Origin: Hyaloraphidium curvatum SAG 235-1
Taxonomy: Eukaryota > Fungi > Monoblepharomycota
Assembly: GCA_025558095.1 (NCBI GenBank)
Contig: JAIVFI010000018.1
Coordinates: 434,001 to 498,000, forward strand
Length of the DNA: 64,000 nucleotides
Direction of reading: 5' to 3'
How positions within the stretch are numbered: the stretch's first letter is position 1; each line of letters starts with the position of its first letter. A program made the position numbers and the translations under genes. This document shows positions 59,559 through 64,000 of this stretch, one piece after another. A model generated the notes under the pieces. The model saw nothing but the letters and a program-made list of their open reading frames with translations, was not told the origin of the DNA and did no database searches.

Positions 59559-61448
59559 TCAGTAGCTCGTTTCGCAGTTGTTCCCCGACCCCCAGTAGCA
59601 CCAAGCGGGCCACACCGGCGCCGCGGGCACGCCTCGCCTCACCAGCCTCGCCCGCGCGGCATCCATCCGCCGCCTCGTCAGCCAGTTCTCCTGCGGAAGC
59701 ACCCCCGTGTCCTTCGGGCTCCACCAGCGCTCCGCGCCCCCGGCAAGGCGCGGCCACAGCGCCGTATCGAGGTTGCCGGGGTCCGTCGCTTCGGCCCAGA
59801 GTGCAGCCTCGGCGCCGAGCACGTTGGGGTCGTTGTCGGGGCTGGGGTCGTAGAGGTGGAGCGTTCGCCACGTCTTGTAGGGGTCGCACCAGTACTTGGG
59901 CGACATGGACAGCCAGTCGCCGTGCCCGCAGTCCAGGTAGAGCCACTTGCTCGGCGATGCCACGACCCTGAAACCCCTGCGGGAAAAGTCCCTAACGAGC
60001 CAGTCGTCGCCCCAGACCTGGATGACCGTGCCCTTGGGATCCAGCGCGACGGACGAGTGGTCCGTGATGTCCTGCCAGTGCACCGGCGTCCGATTCAGCG
60101 CGCGAACACGCTCGTGCACGCCGGCCACGAAGGTCCCGAGATCGTTCGGCGAAAAGCCGCGGAGAAAGGTGCCGTAGAGGTTGAGGTTGATCTCGTCGCC
60201 GCCGACGTGGATCAATGGGTCGGGAAAGAGAGCTGCGACCGTTGCGAACAGCTTGTCAAGGAGCCGGCCCACGGCGCCGGATGTATCCTTGACGTTGAGC
60301 TGACCACACGGGGGCACGTAGCAGTATGCACCCCAATCGGACGCGTCCGGCTTTGGTCCAACGGTTATGTTCGGAAGCCCGGACCAGCTGGCCGCGTGTC
60401 CGGGCATATCGAACTCGGGAATTATGCGGATCCCACGATCGCCCGCGTAGGTGACGAGGTCCGCAACATCGGCCTCCGAGTAGATTTCTCCCGGAGAGTA
60501 CGCGCCGGCAGCAGCGAGCTCGGGGGCTGCAGCAAAGCTGAAAGGGAAACTTTGCGAGTCCGTGATGTGCCAGTGGAACACGTTGAGCTTAACCGCCTCC
60601 ATGCCGTCCACGATCCTCTTCAGGTCTCGCAAGGGGAAAAAGTGCCGCGACGTGTCGAGCATGACACCGCGGTGGGAGAACCGCGGGGAGTCGTTTATTA
60701 GCCACGGCGTGTCGTAGATGAAATAGCCGGCCACCTGCGGCGATGCTCGGCCGGCATCCAAGTAGAGTGCAGCAGAAGATATGGGCTCGATCAGCTGCGA
60801 GAAGGTCTCGAGGCCGCGAACACATCCGATCGTCGATGCGCAGGATAGGGTGGCCCCGGAGCCGTCGCCGGGGACCCGGAGCGTGTACGACTCGGATTGT
60901 AGATGAATAGGCACGGCATCGTCGCTGCCGCCCTGAAGATTGACCGTGAGGGTCCGAAGCACGCGGCTGGAGTTGCCTTCGCCATCGTCCCCGTCCGCAC
61001 GAGGCAGAGGGAAAAGTCGCGCTTGGTAGCGCACTATGGCTCGCTCGAGACGGGCCGACGTGTTGCGTCCGGCGCGCAGGGTAAAGTTCCGGGCAACAGG
61101 CAGCGGCGGCCGGCCGCCAAAGGTCCAGTTTGCGGGCCGCGGCCACAGGAAGCCGTGCGTCGGGAGACGCGGTGGGAGGGCGGACGTGTTGAACGGCGGC
61201 AGCCCGTCGCCGCCCGACGCGACTATGCAGCTGTTCCCAGCGCGCTGCGCGGCAATCACCGACGCGGCAATCAGCCCGGCAAGGAGTCCGACGCTGAGAA
61301 CGCCGAGAGCGATGGCCGCAGTCCGCCAGCGCCGCCGGGACTCTGCCGTCCTCCCCTCGCGTCCCACGGGAGGGTCCACGCCGTCCGCCGATGCGGCGGC
61401 GTCTTTCTCCTGCCAGACATACGCCGCATGGCCGTCGTCGGCCGCCAT
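59559..61448 (-). CDS. GH20 beta-N-acetylhexosaminidase, type II membrane-anchored, intronless
   Basis: ESYTL, GLETFSQL, DSPRFSHRGVMLDTSRHF, KLNVFHWHITDSQSFP, RGIRIIPEFDMPGH, HVGGDE, YLDCG, GAEAALWAE, WPR. Confidence 0.95.
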   Translation of the reverse strand: MAADDGHAAYVWQEKDAAASADGVDPPVGREGRTAESRRRWRTAAIALGVLSVGLLAGLIAASVIAAQRAGNSCIVASGGDGLPPFNTSALPPRLPTHGFLWPRPANWTFGGRPPLPVARNFTLRAGRNTSARLERAIVRYQARLFPLPRADGDDGEGNSSRVLRTLTVNLQGGSDDAVPIHLQSESYTLRVPGDGSGATLSCASTIGCVRGLETFSQLIEPISSAALYLDAGRASPQVAGYFIYDTPWLINDSPRFSHRGVMLDTSRHFFPLRDLKRIVDGMEAVKLNVFHWHITDSQSFPFSFAAAPELAAAGAYSPGEIYSEADVADLVTYAGDRGIRIIPEFDMPGHAASWSGLPNITVGPKPDASDWGAYCYVPPCGQLNVKDTSGAVGRLLDKLFATVAALFPDPLIHVGGDEINLNLYGTFLRGFSPNDLGTFVAGVHERVRALNRTPVHWQDITDHSSVALDPKGTVIQVWGDDWLVRDFSRRGFRVVASPSKWLYLDCGHGDWLSMSPKYWCDPYKTWRTLHLYDPSPDNDPNVLGAEAALWAEATDPGNLDTALWPRLAGGAERWWSPKDTGVLPQENWLTRRRMDAARARLVRRGVPAAPVWPAWCYWGSGNNCETSY

Positions 61449-61582
61449 CGTGGCGCGGACCACGGAGCTTCGGAGTGGCGGTGCTTGGACCGATCGAATT
61501 ATTCGACCGATCAGGCCAGATGTGGTGATCGGAGCTCTGTCAGCACGGGCAGTCCTGAAGAATCGAATCTCGAGGTCCAGCG

Positions 61583-62713
61583 ATGAGGGCGGCAACGGCG
61601 GCGCCCCGGAGACTGTGCGGATCGTGCAGGCACCTTTCCAGCACGGCTCCTCGGGGCTCGATCTTCTCCTCCCTCTTCGCGCGCGGCCGTGACCCGGCGG
61701 CGCCATCCGCGTCCCGGGATGCTCCGCCGAAGACGAGTTTCCAACCCCCGCTGGCCCTGGCCCGGCTGTCGGCCCATCGACCTCCCACGGACCGCGATGC
61801 CTCTTTCCTGAGGCGTGTCTCCGACGGCGCTCAACCCGGGCACCTGGAAAACCCTGGCGCACGTGTGCACGAAAATCTGCTGTCCGCGACTGAAATGGAG
61901 GCCCTGGAGAATGCTGCGAGGGACTTGTGTGCTTCTCACGGCATCGATTTGATCGATCCGCACGCACGGGCCGTGTACGAAGCGCAGATGGCCTTCCTGC
62001 GGCTTCCGCCGGAGGTCAACATGCTGCGTGTCACGGGTCGGCCAGAAAGGGCGGACCAGAGGCGTGGTGAATGGGGCTATGCTGACGATTTCGACGAGTC
62101 CAAGCTTCCGCATGCGATTCGGACGCTCGTCGACCGCATCAGAGAGCAGCCCGGGCTCGCGCTCGGGAAACCGCGTGACGTCACCATCAACCAGCGTCGG
62201 CATCGCTTCTTCCGGCTCGATCCGCACATCGATCCCCAAGATGATGGCGGCTCCATATTCATATGCTCGGTGACTGCAGGGACCGTGCTCACCCTGAGCC
62301 CGCTCGACGAGTGGAAGCGGCACGAGGCGCAGATCGTTGCCGAGCGGGATCAGAAGGATCCGGAGTGGGCAAAGGGACTGGAATGGATACGGAGCACGCG
62401 GTCGTACACTCGTGAGTTCTTCTTCGACGTGCTATCTCGTCGGGACGACTAAGCTGTCTGTTCAGCGCACGACATCGACGTGCTCCTCCCCCTGGGCTCG
62501 GTAGCTCAGCTTAGCGACGATGCTCGTTGGACGTGGACTCACGCTACGAGGCTGGGTGTTGAAATCCCTGTCGATGAGGGAGGAAAGACCCGCTGGAGGT
62601 TGGCGGACTGGTGGGGAGACCGGACCAGGACGATCGAAAGACGGGAGGAGAGGATCAGTGTAGTCGTTGCGTTCGGCGATCGAGAATACGGCTTCCCGGC
62701 GAGGGAGTTCTGA
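61583..62713 (+). CDS. AlkB-like 2OG-Fe(II) dioxygenase with a probable mitochondrial presequence
   Basis: DVTINQ...LDPHIDP (HxD), DVLLPLGS..L.DDARWTWTHA (distal His), ERISVV (Arg); Arg/Ser-rich N-terminus; one intron near 62413-62465. Confidence 0.8.
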
Positions 62714-62832
62714 AGGAGGAGTGATCGTTCTCGTTAGAATCATCGACTGGCAGCTTGCGTCGACAGATTGGACCCACCCGGGGCCGACGGGCGCTCAGGC
62801 CTGCGGAAAAGGCGTCCGCATTAATAGCAGAG

Positions 62833-64000
62833 ATGGAGTGCCCACCGGAGGACGCGCGGAATCCCGTCAAGGTCGCCCTGGGGGTATTCCTGACGACGGG
62901 TCTCGTCGTGTCGTTCATGCCGCAGGTGGGCGCGTTGTGGGCGAAGTGCGGCCTCCTGGCGCTCATTTGGTTTTATGTCACCATATCGTGATGGGTATCG
63001 GTCGCTACGCGCCTTCGTGCCGTTCTTGGAACCGCCGAACGCGTCGCTGAACTGAACGCAACGTCCCTCCCGGCGCGCTTCTATCGTGAACCTCTCCGTG
63101 TCGGCCGAAAGCACATCAAAATGATCCGCCTAAGATCATCGGAGGGCCTGTCGGCGCTTTTCGTGCTCTTTGCCGGGATCGCTGGCACGTCGACGCTGTT
63201 CAACGTGTGGGTTCTGCAAAGCGGGACCCTGGGGTGCTGCAAAGCCTGGGTGGGTTCTGCGTGGGATTGCTTGTGCCTTTGTGGCATTTGACAGAACGAA
63301 CGTCTCGCAGAGCCCGGCGTACTGCTTCGAGAACATCCTGGGCGTGATCCAGGTCAGCGTACAGTGGATGGCCCTTCACCTGGTCATAGGACTTTTTATT
63401 GCCTGCTACCCCGAGGCAAAGAAGTGGATTCCTCTTGGTGGCGGGCCGTCTGCCGAGCGCAGGGACACCATCGTGGAAACCGGGGACGAGGAAGTGGACG
63501 AGCACGGGGAGGCGCCGGCCTCGCCGCCCCTGCCTATCCCCAAACTCCCCTTTTCCCCGCCGCTCTCGAGCACGCCCGGCGGATCGTACGTCCAGGACTC
63601 GGTCGTCACGCGGCCATCGCGCTCCTTCATGCCGCCCTCGCCGCGCGGCAGCCTTTCGGACGACGAGGCGGACCTCGCCGCGGACGAGCGGACGACTCTC
63701 TTGCCCGGCCGCCCCGCGGCGGCCGCCGATCCCGCCGGCGGGTACCCACCTTCGGTGCCCCGGACGGCTCCCATTCCCGTGCCCTTCCTCCGCGTGCCTG
63801 CGGGCCAGTCGCCCTCTCACGCCTACCTCTCCGCCATTTCCGTCACCGCCCTCCTCGTTACCTACTTTGTCCTCTGCCTGCTCCTCTCCCTCCTCGTCGT
63901 CTTTCTGGACCCGCCCTCGGGGGTGGACCAGGGCTCCGCCGCGGTGCTCTACGCCGGCATCCTGGGGCTCATATCGACGGTGTTTTCGGCGGTGCAGTTC
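62833..64000 (+). CDS. PQ-loop repeat membrane protein (3' end outside window)
   Basis: GLVVSFMPQ|HIKMIRLRSSEGLS..F; CFENILGVIQVSVQW; later TM helices ending ...SAVQF before the expected second PQ. Confidence 0.85.

Noticed and set aside
62926-63111. C/D-box snoRNA in the long first intron of the PQ-loop gene (GTGATGG...CTGA)
   Set aside because: Imperfect C box, no terminal stem, and no identifiable rRNA-complementary guide; CTGA is common as a branch-site motif

Overview
GC-rich, very gene-dense eukaryotic DNA, most likely from an early-diverging (chytrid/monoblepharid-like) fungus; the taxonomy is inferred from fungal-type orthologues, roughly 48-62 nt introns with CTRAC/CTCAC branch sites and a yeast-like 5S rRNA. 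The window holds 35 protein-coding genes (two truncated by the window edges) and two identical dispersed 5S rRNA genes. Conserved housekeeping genes include RPN3, DHH1, a PCID2-like gene, COX19, an Ariadne E3, RSE1/SF3B3, VMA21, SPT5, UBC4, an RVS161-like BAR gene, coilin, a DCAF-like WD40 gene and a PUFA elongase. Among them sit several bacterial-looking or oddly built genes. The most notable candidates are: (1) a WGR domain fused to a NuiA-like nuclease-inhibitor domain; (2) a tail-to-tail pair of divergent HIS6-like TIM barrels, one ending in a Rab-like CCxC tail and the other in a FYVE-like zinc finger; (3) a bacterial-type C1 cysteine peptidase whose acidic tail is built from nine symmetric phase-1 mini-exons; (4) a GT25-sulfotransferase fusion flanked by direct repeats of the 3' end of the adjacent GH20 hexosaminidase; (5) both 5S genes sitting inside head-to-head Pol II promoter gaps; (6) several apparent GC-AG introns. 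All exon boundaries and homologies were called by eye from the sequence and from recalled family motifs; no database searches were run.
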